From positions 20,646,001-20,710,000 of the forward strand of contig OZ365111.1 of assembly GCA_977030845.1 (NCBI GenBank): a DNA stretch of 64,000 bases. The letters run 5' to 3'. The notes beneath the pieces were generated by a model that saw nothing but the letters and a program-made list of their open reading frames with translations, was not told the origin of the DNA and ran no database searches. Of the stretch, positions 12,901 to 27,600 are shown piece after piece. The first letter of the stretch is position 1; each line of letters opens with the position of its first letter. The DNA comes from Fimbriosthenelais zetlandica (lineage: Eukaryota). A program made the translations under genes and the position numbers.

Positions 12901-14629
12901 AATACATTGCCTATTCTTTATTCCCCAGTCTGTCTTTGATGGACGCCACCATGGATGATAGGCAATTTGATTTGTCTGCTGTGACTGTCAGCCAAGACAG
13001 TTTAATTTCCTTTCAAGGCAAATGCCTTTAATACATTACTCGGGGTAGGGGATAAAGAGTGTTAAGGGGCTTTGGGATTTCTTGCTCATGTAAGTGAAGG
13101 GGAGGTGAAAGGGTAACGAGGTTGGTCAACACCAATACAGGATACATGAAGTGTCAGTGTCGGGGCTCGTGTGCAGGAGGAGTGCTGGAACAACAGTGGG
13201 AGGAACCAGTGTTTATTGAATTGTGGCCTTTTTAGGAATACGTTTTGAGACATACAAACCCGGGGAAAACAGAAATCTAAATGTAGAATACATGTACCAG
13301 TTTGCTAGTAGTTCAGAGTTAGTGAATATTTGTTTAACATTGAATCTGCAAAATCCCAGGTGGAGGAGGAAACGCGTTGTCGGCACACAATAACATACTC
13401 TTCATTGAAAGGCAGCAATGGATCTTTTATATTCCGCTTACCACAGGCAGTGATGGCCTTAGAATCACAGCGTGAGGGAATAATATGGCAGATTGGAAGA
13501 AAGCTTGGCTAATTCTCCTTTAGCAAAGTGTTACCGAAAACACAGCCTCCATTCACGCCCAGGCATGAAAGTCAGGGTTGTCATTGAGAATGACAGTCAT
13601 GAATGATTATGGTGGAATTTTACAATGAGATGGGCTGAGAAAAACTTGACTTTGATGCTTTACTGGGAATGGTTGATTCAGGGTTTCATATGGTGATTTT
13701 CATTATGCATGCAACTGGGGAAAGCCCAACCCCTACCCCAATTGCCTTAGAATTAAGATATTTTTCGCTGAAGCTCATTCATATTGATCAGTTTTACGCA
13801 TGGCCAGGCAAAGGTCCCTACCAATTGATGTTGCAAGGCCGCTTCACCTGATTGCATGACTGGGGATCGAACCATCTATTTTATCTAAGATTCAATGGGT
13901 TTAACCCATGCCCCTTCGTCTACTTGGTTTGGATAAGTTTAGACATATTGACTGTGCGACCACTGGCCTTATGCCCGAAGATGGGCAGAATGCCAGAGAA
14001 TGTAGGGAAGAAGATACTTCTAGATGGATCTGCCAGCCCTCTTAATTCGATCAACACCGGGCCAAGGAGTGGGCCTGGTGTTTGATGTGTATCAACATCA
14101 CCCTCTTGGGGGTCTTACATATGTATAGGTCCCTGACACAGAAAAGAATATTAAGCTTTCGAGGCTTTGGAAATATTCACTTTCTCATTTTTTTTTTACA
14201 ATAATCCAGAAGGATATATGACATCGGGATAAAAAGAAGCAGGGAACGGAATGGAAATCAATTATGTAAAGGAATTTTGAATCGTTGACAGAGTTGACAG
14301 AGGTGTCATGAAACATTCAGCAAAACCAGGTTTAATGTATTAAGCCTTGAAACATATAATTGCTCGTCCTCTTTCTTGATGGTGGATGTAGTTTAATGTC
14401 CTAGCAGAATTCATGATGTGTTGACACTCAGGAAGCACATGGTCAGACAGTGCAATGACTTGCTCTAGAATCTCTATTGTCAACAGTAGATTGGCAGTAT
14501 TAATTAGAACTGTCAGAGGCGTTCCCTCATAGAGCTTCCAGACTACTCATGGACCATGGAATGATACTTTCTATATCGGCATACCTGTCTCTCTCCTTCC
14601 AAGACAGGTCACCTCTTTGTCCCTCTCCC

Positions 14630-14700
14630 TCTCCACTTCCTCTGGCTCTCTCTCTCTCTCTCTCTCTCTCTCCCCCCCCCCCCCTCTCCCTCTATCTGTC
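14630..14700. repeat. (CT)n microsatellite plus poly-C
   Basis: Visible directly in the sequence. Confidence 0.9.
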
Positions 14701-15128
14701 TATGTGTTCCACCCCCACCATACCACTCTGAGACATGGCAGCAACAGGTGTTTGCAGGTAGACACTGCTGAGTGATAGGAAGGGGCAAGGAAGAGATAAT
14801 ATAGCAGATAAGAGGATCTAGGTAGACGAGCTGACAGTCAGTACTCACAATCATATCTGTCAAGTAACCATGCGAGGCAACCACCCACAGACAGTGGCAA
14901 GAACAGGAGCTGGGCAAAATAAACAATCTGTCAGATAAGAGAGGTTAATGCCCTTGGAAACGTCTGAATATCATCAAGGAAAAGTATCAAAATGTGGGTT
15001 AATACACAACTTAAAATAGTCGCTCGTCGCCAGGAATGTCAACAAGCAATTGCCATGACAACGCCGAATAAATGTTAACTGCTTGTATTAACCTAATTTA
15101 TCATTTATGACATTTCTCTGTGGCCTCT

Positions 15129-15330
15129 TCAAGGAGGGATAAACTGCTTGCTCGGGCCTATTGGATAGAAGCAATGACCATAGAATTGTGATGTACAAGG
15201 GCCATAGAGCCCTACTTCAGCGAGAAAAAGAGGGCAGAGAGTAATTTGTGAAGGGTGTATGAGACCCCAGGGAGGAGAGCCAACTTCCTCGACTTCCCGC
15301 TTGTAGCTATATACCAAGTATCATGGGGAC
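15129..15330 (-). mobile_element. Possible tyrosine-recombinase C-terminal remnant
   Basis: LAEVGL...SQFYGHCFYPIG resembles LxxxGxxxxxYSGHSFRIG. The match is weak. Confidence 0.2.
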
Positions 15331-17892
15331 CAGTGTATTGCATATCTGTAAATGTTTATTTTTTTCCCCAAGTGTACTTCCCCCAGCCTGGATAGATCCA
15401 TCTCAACCCACTGTACAAATGAATCCCATCCAAACAAGTAATTTATATCACCCGACTTCTCTCTCAGCGCCAGTTGCATATATAATGCATCTTTCCCCAG
15501 TTCTACCTGCATCGGCCTTTTTAACATTTCAGGAACTTTTCTTATTTTTGTCATTCTTGGCTGAAGGCAGTGTCTGCATGAGTGGTAATAGGAACCAGCT
15601 TGACTTCACAAGCTGAAAACACGACCTTATCCTTAAGCAGTTTTGAATATAACAAAAAATAAAGTAAAAGTACATGAACATATATCCCAAGGCAAAAGAA
15701 AAGTGTATAACTTGTTAAGCCGAGCTCTTATATGAGTAGACTTGGGGCTCGTGGTTTATGTTCTTTGGAGTGAAGCCAGATATGATTTTAAGGGGCCACC
15801 CGGGTGATTTTGCGTTGATTACAGAGCTTCGCCAGTCCCAGTGCATTCTCGGCAAGCATAAAGGGTCTACAATGTATTTCCTAATTTATTGCAAATTATG
15901 CAAGGCAACAACATAGCAGCCTATTATCTGCATGATGTAACAGGGAAACATTGAATTCCCTCAAGACATTTCTGAGGAAACTTAAAAATTTATGGCGAAC
16001 ATTCAAGGAGCCCTTGAAAAGAAATCAATAAATCATAGATATATACATGTATGTAAGATGGATCATTGACAATTATTCATAAGAAAGTTATTTTCGGGCT
16101 ATTGATAAGAAACCACCTTATAGCCATGAGTGATAGCCAGTATACAGCGTATAATATAAACAAAGGAACGAGACTTGCATAAGAAGAGAGAGTCGACCCA
16201 CTGAGCTTTCATGTCTAAACCAACCTCTTCCTTCAACTTCCCCAGACACATGATGTCTATTATGATGTTATGACAGGCAGAGGTGGTTCAGACAAACGAT
16301 CTTTTGCACTAATCCTCGGCCCCTCCATCGACCCTGGCTTTATTTTGAGATTATCTCCTCCTCCGCCTCATTTCTGTTTAATAGGTGTACTGTCAAACTC
16401 ATTCTGACAGCAGGGTGCGAGCCTGACCTGCCCACACCCGCAAAACCCATCCATTGCTGTAGTGACAGTGCGTTTGAAACCTTGTAATATACAGTAGCTC
16501 ACATACGTGTACACCCTTCATTTTATTTAAATTTCACCAGCAATTTCCACTAGCAAACTTTTTCATGAGTTCAGGCCTATTACTTGAATGGAAAGAGCAA
16601 TTTCTGGGAATAATAAGGCTGGAACAAACTGCGAACGTCTCTAGTAGCTTGCGTTTTTGTCAGGCCAATTCAGAAAAAAAAACACCAGCAATTGAGCAGG
16701 CCCGATTATGTTCTAATCAAGGCAGAGGTTCTAATCAAGGCAGAGAAACTATGCGTTCGCTTGATTTTGGTGTTCGCTTTGTTGGTTAGCATTGCACAAA
16801 GAGGTGGGTGCGCCAAAAGAGTGGTCTGTGCCATGAATGAAAAAACGCTCTGGTCTGTTCAAGACATTAAAGTAAAATTTGAACAAAATTGAGAAGAGTA
16901 TAATACTATAGACCTAATAGGCTACACTCACACATGTTTACAACCTCATAGCATTCATTCTGTAGCCTATGGGGAGTCATTAGCACCAATGAGCAATAAT
17001 GCGAACAAGCAATATCTTTGGAAGCTAAATCCTTCAGATGAACAACAAAATCCATCAATTTAATGAGCATTTTCAAGGTGCTCAGGAATTGCTCAGGCAC
17101 TTTAAAACCTTTCAGTTGGCTGATTGCAAAGGGACTGCAATAAAATATAAAGGGCAAATCCATACAGCAAACCCCTCGATGATCTAGAGGTTTTCATTAT
17201 GTGTCACTGCAGAAGCTAGCATTAATTTGGTCATACATGGCTAGCACCAGCTTTACACCTTGATTGTGCAAGCCTGATATAGCACCCCATCTGGGGACAT
17301 AATCCCAGCAATCGAGCAGCTCGTGAAAATGGTGGAGAGGGCGAGTCACTCAGCCTTAATGGAGAGCAGTCAACGGCATCTGATGGCAATAGCTTATCCT
17401 GGATGTCAGCTAGCCGGGAGGTACAGGCTCGAAGTGGTGTGATCCCAATAGCTTCAGCTCCTGACCTCAGGCTGTCTTTGGAAAAATAGCTATAGGTTAA
17501 TACATTTACTGCATCTCTGACCTCCCTTAAGCTATAATGGTTGCATGCTTATTTTGGACCACACAAACTACTGGTCATGTACGAGCACTTGACTATCATC
17601 AATAACCTAATCGGTCTAGTGTAAACAATGGAGATTCTGCATGCATATTGTGCATACTTGTTGCATGTTTCCTTTGAAATCAGTGACAGTGACCTGCTAT
17701 TAGTCTCAATCAAGGCTTAACCATCGTTTAAGAAATATGTCTAAAGAAAGATGCAATATGGGGAAACTTAGTAAAGGCTTAATTCCTTGGGCTTAGTTAT
17801 TGTACAGACACAAATAGGAGATATATAAAGTACTACATATTAAAGGTAAAGCTTAAAAAAAACTGAATTCATGATCTCAAAGCAGCATATAT

Positions 17893-18090
17893 TCACATTT
17901 TCCAAGACCCTGGAGAAGATTTGAGATTTTCAAGGACTTTCCCAGACGCGGAAGACACCTGAATAAAATATGAGACCAAGATAAACTTACACAACAGATG
18001 TTGTCGGAAATTAGGTATTCCTCTTGCTTGCTCCCCATCTTGAGTTTTTAGTAGACGCGGCGGGCAAGGTACTCCAAACTTCCGGCACAA
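17893..18090 (-). mobile_element. Possible DIRS/Ngaro RT remnant
   Basis: CRKFGVP..KTQDG resembles the LCxxLGVPxAxEKTEGP segment of DIRS/Ngaro RT. The match is short. Confidence 0.25.
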
Positions 18091-21000
18091 AATGATGATT
18101 TATCGGCACTTTGATATGCCCTTCTACATCACATCCTCTCTACATCACGAGGGGTTATTGGTTCAATGATAATTTAACTTAATAATTGGACCTTTCTCCC
18201 TCCGTTAAGTACTTCCTTCTGGGTTCACTGCAGATATCTGGCTTGATTGTAGCAGATTCCACTCAAGAATTCAAAGATGTTGATGAGACAATGAAAACCC
18301 TTGGAAGTCCTGATGTTCCCTGTGAACTTTAAGTAACTGCAGTAAGAATCCAATAACTGCAGTAAGTAATTGGTTATCGTCAAATCGGTGTAGCAATAAT
18401 TGGTAATCCTGCTGTGCTGGGAGGTTGAAAAGCCAGGGGGTTAGTTGTTATAATATAGGAGGGGGGCAAAAGCTGATGTCCGTGGCGGCTTGAGCCGCTG
18501 CTGTTGTTTGGCAGCCTGTTGGTATGGTCACCACCACAGCCAGGACTGGGACTGGTAGGTAATCCAGAAAGTTCACCTCCCAACTTCAGTAGGAGGTAGT
18601 CGAGGGAGGCTGTCTGGGTGTCCCCTCTGTGACTCTTGACTCCTCCTACTCACCCCCTCTCTCACAAGTTAAGTTTCCTTCCGGGTATATAGATTTACCA
18701 GCTACAGTGCAAGTCTACGTTGAACTTGAAGAAGCACGATGGGGGAAGCTATATGGATGGTTTGTGTACAGGAAAGAGATAGAGACGGGCTGGTTGGATT
18801 CAGGAAGTGTGTAAGAGGGAAGTTGTTTTGGGGGACGAAGTAGCAGGCCTGGCCACTCCCTGGGTGATGAAATTTCAAGGATGACCCTTGGTTTAACAGC
18901 AAGTATCTTGGGTTCCAATAAAGCCAGTTCGGTACTTTACAAAGCAGGTCTTTGTTGATGGTACCTGTTGTTAATTGGCTTTAATTGTATTTTTCTGAAA
19001 TCACTTGCTTCGGCAGATTCCAAGCCGATCTTTCGCTCTTCAGTGGAAGAGAAGGCAGACAGGGAGAGATTACTGCAAGACCCAAGGAGCAGTGCATGTA
19101 AGTTGCAAACTATCCAGCAGTGGTCAAGTATAATGACCTAGTGGTCGATGACTCTAGGGCAGACCTGCCCTGTTGGATAATGCCAAGCCTGGGTTGAAAG
19201 CAAACGGATGATAACAGGTGAGGCTAACATGATGGTCTTTGTCGCCTCCCTTGTCCTCAGCCTTCCACTGTTCGGCGAAAAATGATCCACGGGGCCGGTT
19301 AACACTAACAGATGTCCCGACAGGCCACCAACAATCCCCTGACAAAAAGTATCCCTGATTGCTACTGCTCAGGGGCAGAGGAGGAAGGGGAGGAAGCAGG
19401 CTCTAGGGGAGGAGGGGCCATGTAGTTGATCCTTGCCTCTCAAAATATACGAGATCCTAGGCTGACGGGGGAGGTGAGTATGTGTAAGTATGAGTCTGCA
19501 GTGTTGAGGCACACTTGGAGGCCAAGATGTCGACACCAAACTTTCCACATAAGCTCCCATGATCAAGGAGGGGCAATAAAAAACCTTCTCCCCACCACCA
19601 CATGCTAGGTTTAGATGGGACCGTCTGGCAGTTATATGATTCACAGGTGTTATACTTCAGAGTTGTCCACTCAGGTTCAAACAGCAAAGGTTAGAGGGGC
19701 TGTTATAGAGTCGGTGACTAATTCAGAGAGCAGATATATTAACATCACGCTAGACGCTGCATGTCAGGGCTATGATGTGACAACATTCTTCGGTATACAC
19801 TGACCGAACAACCAAACATCAACGAGCTTTTGGACCTTCCAACGGATATGTAAGTACTTAATATATACTTTTATATTATAGTAAGCAAGTGGTAAAGGCG
19901 TCCGTTTTGCTCTCGTAATTCGAATTATCTCTTAATCTTTGTGCAACTTTTCTTCTTAATTGCGACTCTGGGGCTAGCACCATTAGCATCGTGCATAGAT
20001 TTGCGACCATATATATATTTTTTTTAATAAAATGTGATCGCCAATTTCAAAATTTCCCATGGATGCTCTTGCGACACATGGAAGTCGAGTAAATTCAAAG
20101 ACCTCAATTGCAAGTGTCAACGAAGAGAATAATATCACACAGTGTTGTCCATCATGTTTTCCCTTTCACGACAGTTTAGTGTAACTATGTCCTTTCATAT
20201 TAACCAAAATGACAACTTCATAGTGTCATGTACTTTGTGTCAGGCAGGTTGAGGTGGCCAAGAACCTGAGTGACTGGAAAGACTTGCAAGCTTGATCTTT
20301 CCCAATGTATAGTGTCACTCTGAGAATATCTGCGTATGCACATTCCTGCTCGATCCCGTGTGAATAAACAGTTGATGTTTGCACCTGAACATATGACTTC
20401 CAGCTTACAAGTCAAAGCTGCTGCAGATGACGGGAAAGGGAATGTTTTCTGGTATATCGAGCAGAAGGAAATTTGCAAATACTGACAGTATTTGACATAG
20501 GCCTAACTCATGGCCAGATCACCGGAATTAAGCCGGGCCATGTCAATTTTGATTGCTATGACGGTCTATAGTGTAAAAGGAAGAAAAAAGACCAAACCAA
20601 TTTGTTCGTCAATATGACATTCTTGCGGGCTATGCTCTTATGACCGGAATAGACCGATGGTCAATGGCAAGCTTCCAAATCACCAACTCGAACATATGTA
20701 TATTTAGGCTAAGTCTGTCCTTTCAGTTTCTAAAGGTTCTTTTGCATAGGACATTGCATGTGAATAGAAAGAGCAATGTCATTGGGATAGCAAATCTAAG
20801 GGACACCGTTTTAATATAAGTGAAAGCAGTGTGCAATGCAGAAAGATTGCCGTGGAAAAACATTGTTACATTGTTGGGAAAGTGTCTCTCAGAAAGAGCT
20901 TATGATCTCTGCTCTTGATTGCAACAGTATAAGTATTATCGACATTAACAATGACCTTTGTCCTTGCTTTCCATTCATGACCTAGCAATGGTGAATTAGA

Positions 21001-22663
21001 GGTCAGAGTAGAGGGGAGAGCAAGTTGAGTTGCATTTCATTATGGAAGCAGCCAAAATACAACATGCTTTTTCGTTGAGAAAGCTGGGCAGCAAAAAGGA
21101 AGAGTTGGCATTCAATGTTTTTTTTCAGGTCAGGCCCAAGTCTGACATGGGGTTTACCATATGTCATGTATACATAAAACACTGAGGAAGCCACCTGGCT
21201 ATGCTATAGATCTTATAAATAATCAAGTGTCAGACAATGGCTTCTACTAGTGCTGAATTTAAGGTTACTTGCAGATAGATGTGAATGGTACTATTATGAG
21301 AGTTGAAAATGAAAATGAGACGCACTTCTATAATGAGATGGAAATGGATCTATTTGCAGTATTCATTCAGGCCTGCGACTTAAAATTGTAATGAAGCCGT
21401 CACCTTATAATGGTATATATATATAGTCTCTAGAACGTGTGAAAATTTGACTCGCATTAAAATTCAGTAAATGCCATAGTCACACGAGAAGCGGAATCTA
21501 ATAGGTTCAGCCTCTGAGTTTCACGCAGTTTCACCAAGATTTGATACTTGTGTCTTCGGTTAGGCCTAAATGAAATATTAAATGAAATGTCAGAAGTGGT
21601 TAATGGTTATGATTGAATCCCAAATGACTTCGACTAAGACCATTTGCTTGCAAATGTCAATTTAATTGAATGACTTGACAGCAGAGATTCTGAAAGGGAA
21701 ACTAAAACATCTCCACACCTTCATTTTGAAGAATCGTCAAGGCAGACATAGTGTACAATAACAATGGATGAGGACTCAGTAAAGGGTGAATTATGCACCA
21801 TTCTCTGTATTGAAGCCAATGTTTATACAAGAGGAATACAGCTCAATTTAAAATTGATTTAAGTTTTAGAAGAAGGAAGTGCAGACAAGGGATCCCTTCT
21901 ATTAATATCTCATGCAGGCAGCGTGAGCCAGCCGTGGATATGACGGAGAGAGAAACATGAAAAATGCATCTATTCCCCATCCGACAATAAAGAGGCTTTT
22001 TACACGGCAGACTCCCATGGCCATTGTCTCCTATTGTACCAACGAGTTAAGCATATACCAGTGCCCAGACGCCTTTCCCTTGTTCTGCCTGAGGTCATGC
22101 AGTCAGTGATGGGACCTCAAATACTCCAGCTGATTTTCCTGGCCCTGCCGAAAATGCCCCCGGGGTAAGGGCCATGAAGGACCTCAGGGAGGGAAAGAGA
22201 TGGCATGAGTCCCCGAGTGTTATAGCTATATCGTCTGAGGCGAGTATAGGGCAGCATATATATAGCATCGATTGGTAAATGGCATCGTGCTTCCAACAAT
22301 ACTACCACCCATTTTCTATGACATGGTCTGACATTACAAGGAATCAAATATTCATATAGCTATCATTCAAGTATGTAAGGCACTCAGACTGCCGGGAGCT
22401 GCTCGCTTTATGTTTATATCCGATCAGCTGGGAACACAATTGCAGTGACCTCATAAAAAGTGTGTGGGTGGGAAAATGGCTAGTTTTAATCACTTCAGGT
22501 TCAATGTATAGACTGATCGCGGCTGTAAATTCAATTACAAGGTAGGAGCAGGCAATACCGGACTGCTATGTATACAAGTGGCAAAGCATGGCCACATTAA
22601 ATGACTGAGAAAAAAATTCAACGTTGGATAAACAGACAGCTAATAGATAAGCGGAGAACAGAA

Positions 22664-22722
22664 AGCCCGTTTCAAGGTTAAAATTAGGTAGAGACGCAGC
22701 CTTGCTGATTTTGAAACGGGCT
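22664..22722. mobile_element. Inverted-repeat mini-element with a perfect 12-bp terminal inverted repeat
   Basis: agcccgtttcaa ... ttgaaacgggct. Confidence 0.55.
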
Positions 22723-24666
22723 TCGGGTGCAGGCCAAAGTAATGGATTGATGAATGGATGGATTCAGAGATAAGAAAAAGATGAGGGATAACATATTGAA
22801 ATAGAACAGGTTGCTATAGCTATGCTAATGACTACGCAGTTCAGTTCAGACTGGATGAGCCCAATTGATACTTGACTACCAGGGAAATTTAAGGAAAGTC
22901 AATTCAAATCACAAAGATGGATTGCGAAGAAACTGAATGAATATCCAGTGGAAAAGTTAAACTAGATTTGAATTCAGTGATAAGAAAGAGATCAGCGAGA
23001 GTGTTTACAAAGTTGTTATAGCTACAAATGACTCAACAGTTGGATTAAGACTGCAAGACGCCAATTTGAAATAGGAGAAGCTGAGCACAGACAATTCAAC
23101 TAACACGGATGGATGGTGAAGAAACGCAATGAATATCTAGAGGAAAAGGCAGTTGAAATATTTTCTTTTCTGGAAATCCCAACAGGAGATCTAGGTGTCT
23201 CTGTCTAGCATTAGACTAAATCAGTGTTTATTAAATCTGAACTACTGCCTTATCACAAGTTGCTCTCTTTCCAAAATGAAATCAGACGTAAGCGATACAA
23301 GATATCATCAGTATTGATCGTCCGTCAACCTTGTTCCTCCCTTCGTGAGGATTTCTTATTCAGCAGACGACTTCTGGCCGCAGGATTCGGCGTCAACAGG
23401 CACATTAAGTGCAGGGCTGATTGAAAGCAGACTCTCAGCTTCTCCCAACACTGACAGACGGTTTTCATTCCAATCGTGTCATTAGCTTTATAATAATAGC
23501 TGTCAGGAGCCCAGAGGGCTCGAAAAGAAGTACAAAATGGCTTCCTTGTGTGCACTGCAAAAGAGTGATGTAGAACCAATGGGTCCTTCTCCATGGAAAT
23601 TCTTATAGAATAGCATGGCCCTGATGGAAAAAGTACTTTTTTATTGGGAATTTCATTAATACCCAACTTTATTTTTCCTGTCTCCATCAATGTTCTTGGC
23701 AGTTCGCAAAAAAATGGAATCTTCTCAAGAAACCTGTCATTGGCTAAACAGGTCAGGATGACTGCAGTTGAAGCCACTTTCGACAAAAATCACCCAAAGC
23801 AAATCACCCCAACAGTTGGACTTAAAATAGACTTTTATCAACTTAGTAATGAGTTGCTTGCCAGCTTCCACTATAGTCTGGGATCCGGGTGAGTTAGGGG
23901 CAGTAGACTCCTTTCCTAAGTTTAATCACAGGTGCACTTACTATCGACATCCCATCAAGAAACTGAGGCCAGAAGAGAATGAACAGAATATTGATGATGC
24001 ACCTCTTTGGCCCCATCTTCTTGTTTTGCTTCAAAAAAGTTAGGACTACTCTTACCGACTGGGCAAGTTAGACTGGCAAACTGAAAGCACTTTAATGAAG
24101 GCACCTGGGAAACTATACCACATATATCGCAAGCCACTTTAAAACAAACCATTGACTGGTATTTATAAACACTTTAGATTGGTATACGAGCCAAGCCTAA
24201 AGCAATGATCCCTTTTCCTGATTGCAGCGCTTGCACCTTGAATGAAGAGCAATTCGCAGAGCAGGGAGGCAATGCTCGGGCTGGACTAAACTACAAAGCT
24301 ACACGAACCTAACTTGGCATTATTGAGTCCCTATATACCATCCTACAGTGCCTGCCTCCATCCGTCAGGATGGGTTGAGGGATCGGCTCTTACCGAAAGC
24401 TTCTATATCCCTTCAGTACACAAGTAATTGCTTTTGGGTTGGTATAAAAGCAGGGCACATCTTCCTTCTAGAAAGCTTACCTTTGCTCATCAAACAATTT
24501 AGCTATCTTATCATCAGCTTACCTGTGATTATTGAACGTCAGTGTGTACTTTACTATAACAGTTCCTTATATTATAGGCTAAAGAAGTTTTGTAAATCGC
24601 ATTTACTTTACCTAACGTCTCCATGTTTTGAAAATGGACTCCTCATATATACTTCAGATATACGTG

Positions 24667-24699
24667 ACTTACCTGAAAGGAGAAAAAAATCAATATTAG
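24667..24699 (-). promoter_or_regulatory. Recursive splice site (ratchet point) RS2, junction 24673/24672
   Basis: Sense strand: ttcCTAATattgatttttttctcctttCAG|GTAAGTcac. It has a CTAAT branch motif (A at 24696), an AG-free pyrimidine tract and a consensus donor. Confidence 0.75.
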
Positions 24700-27600
24700 G
24701 AACAAAATAAAACTGGTGTACTTTCTAGATTGAATTAAAAGACGCATTATCAATGGGAATTATACTTTATTCAGTTCCAACCATTATATTCTGCATATAG
24801 TAGGGAGAAATATAGTAGCAAAGCAACAGTTCTTATCCTGCGAACAAGACCTACTCAGGGAGATTTATTATGTTGCTAGGGGCCTGCACTGAGCCACACT
24901 GCAGGGCCCCTTACAACATCAAGAGCACCCAAACCCCAAAAGGTAGAAAATCACTTAAAAAATAAGGTAGACCTTAGGTATTCTTTTCCAATTGGGGTGA
25001 TTTCTTTTCATAGTTTGAAGCAAACAAAACCCTCATAAATATTATAACTTTAGTAAAGCATAATCTGTAGTGAAAATGAAACGATGAATCTCTCATACTT
25101 GTACCGCATTCTCTTAACTCGATCCACATAACTTTTTATGGGAGCATTATGAAGTCATCGTGTGACACTTCAATGTGAACTAATGGCATCATGTGGAGCG
25201 AGGTGAAGAAGCACTTTCAGTTCCCACATATTATTTAAGACCCTGACTTCTAAGTAAGGCCATAACGTGTCCCATCAGCCTGGTCCATCATTCAATCAAT
25301 AGGGATTTCCAGTACATTTTTAACGTCCATTTTGCAATGCTGGTTGCCTGGCACCAAGTAAGAGACATACAACAATTTCGCTTTCAGTTTTTCTTTTCTC
25401 TCTTTTTTTACTTTTTTCTTTAACATTGAAAGCTACTGCCAGATTGTCTGCATGTCTCAGTTTCATGTAGATTATCTTCTGACATGCACATATGCAGTAA
25501 TAATTCCGGGGACCTCATATGATATGGCAATTTCCAAGGCAATGTAAAACCAGCAATCCAGCATGCTAGCTCAGATGTATAGCAATGCTATTTCATGTCA
25601 CAGTAACTAATATATTATGCACAAAAAACAACTTCGGGAAAATTGAAGGGCATGCCAACACTGTCACTAATAATTGGCATTGCAAGGGTGTCATTCTTTA
25701 TACACTATACTGTGAGAATGGAGCTGAAAACGCGCTTGGGGTCTTTGTCAAAAATCTGTGTCTACACACACCCGACACCCATTGATATGGATAAATGGAA
25801 TATAGACTGTTTATGGGCTACATGGGCGGTGATACCCCATTTGATGTCCTATATTCATGATGTGTATCCAATCCCTTTGATAACTCTTCTCGGTATCAAT
25901 AATGGATGATAACGACACCATTGGCCCGTGTTACCTATGAATCCCCAAGGCTGGATAGGACTTGCATGTGTAATGCATCTATAATTGAATGTTGAGGCTG
26001 CTTATTCACTGAAAAACCTCCTGTTGACTCACATTGAGGTGGGGAGATGGTATGTTTTAAGTGGCCAGACTGTCCAGTAGACTAGCTCTCTTCCCTGCAG
26101 TTGAGCAGCTCAGGTATATCTATATCTTCATATCTAATAATCTATATACCTCCCATTGTTATCTAAAACAGATCGATACTTGTAACTTCAAGAGGTAGAT
26201 AGAGCCCAAGAGGACATATATAACTTTAATAATGGTTTCTTTAGGGGACAAATGAATATAAAAAACCTTGGGCTAGTCTAAAATAGAAGTAGCCGAGTGC
26301 CAAATTGAATGATCCAATGAGGCTGACTGCACCTGAGCCTGGGACCCCTTTAACCCGGGATCATGGCTTTTTGATGAGAGGGCTGGCATGTAAGAGATAA
26401 GCCTATAACTCACTAAAAGCTGGGGGAGTAGAGGGCAGGGGTTCTGACAGGTGTATTGAGAGTCATTCTGAACAAGAAATGACATATCTATATATTAGAC
26501 CGAATCCAATACAAGCATTGAAAGTATCCTAGACATTAATACGCTTTCAGGTCCGGTCATTTGCAGAGGACCTGTGCAAGTGGATGAGTCCGTTTTGAGT
26601 CAACCTGACGAGCAGAAATATCAACGGGTTGTTTATATTTCGGTATGTGAGGTTGGGTTGACGTTGCATCGGGATTTCATAGAATGATGGTTGCTCTGTT
26701 CACACATTGGTTTACACTCAGATGGATTTAGACTGCAGATGCCATTGGAATGGACGAGTCCGATTGCACATTATCTTGTGTAAACGGCCCTTAATGGAAA
26801 GAGGGATTATTTTAAATAGCCATATGGAAGGTATTTGTGATATTCCTTCGCCTTGGTTTCAGTTCAGAAGTGCATGAATCCGCCACATTTTTAAACATGC
26901 AACAGGTATTGTTCAGCATTATAGGCCTGCATGGAATTTGGGATAAAGCAAAGGCCTTCAGCAATTTGTTAATGGCACATTATAGGTGGCTGCCTCTCCC
27001 ACTGGAGCAAGAGGCCCTCTTGCAAACAATACATAGGGACACCAGCATTAAGAGTATCAAAGGGATGTGTAATGGCTATTGCCTCCAGCAGAGCAACAGT
27101 GTTGTTTTACCAGACAAATATGTGCAGTGCTCTCCACCTATATAAAGCGGGTCGATTGGCGTCAAATGCGCTCCGTTCCCTCTCATAATTACAAGGACAC
27201 TTTTTTTTTTAAATTTTAGCAATATAGGTTAACTAACATTTTTAGAACAGCATTCAAATGAATTATGAGTGTACTTAGAAGTACTATCGGATTCAACGAC
27301 GAATTTAATGCTTCAGAAGTGAAAGAAAAATGCTTACATGTGTTTATATAAGCTGGAAAATGATTTAGCAATGTATTAGTAGCTAATTAGTATGATTTAC
27401 CAGAATAGAATTTTCTAAAACAAGTACACCATTCTATAATATCTTAGAAGCTTTGTTTAGCTTTTATACGAACCATAAATGAAATCAAAGATCCCCTTCA
27501 CTGATATAGATAATATATATTTCAGCCCACATAACAAGATAAAAACGTCTAAAAGCTATTGGACACTTGTGCTGTATACAATGACAATATGTCATCACTG

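Noticed and set aside
23224-24152. ORF cluster with GPDG, LKIDF and PLWPHLL fragments reminiscent of L1/Tx1 RT
   Set aside because: Motif spacing does not fit and the core RT motifs are absent; at best an unassignable relic.
26547-26670. GPVQVDES...QKYQR resembling an ISXO2/Merlin transposase motif
   Set aside because: The match is about 8 residues, the frame closes soon after, and there are no further catalytic residues or matching terminal repeats.
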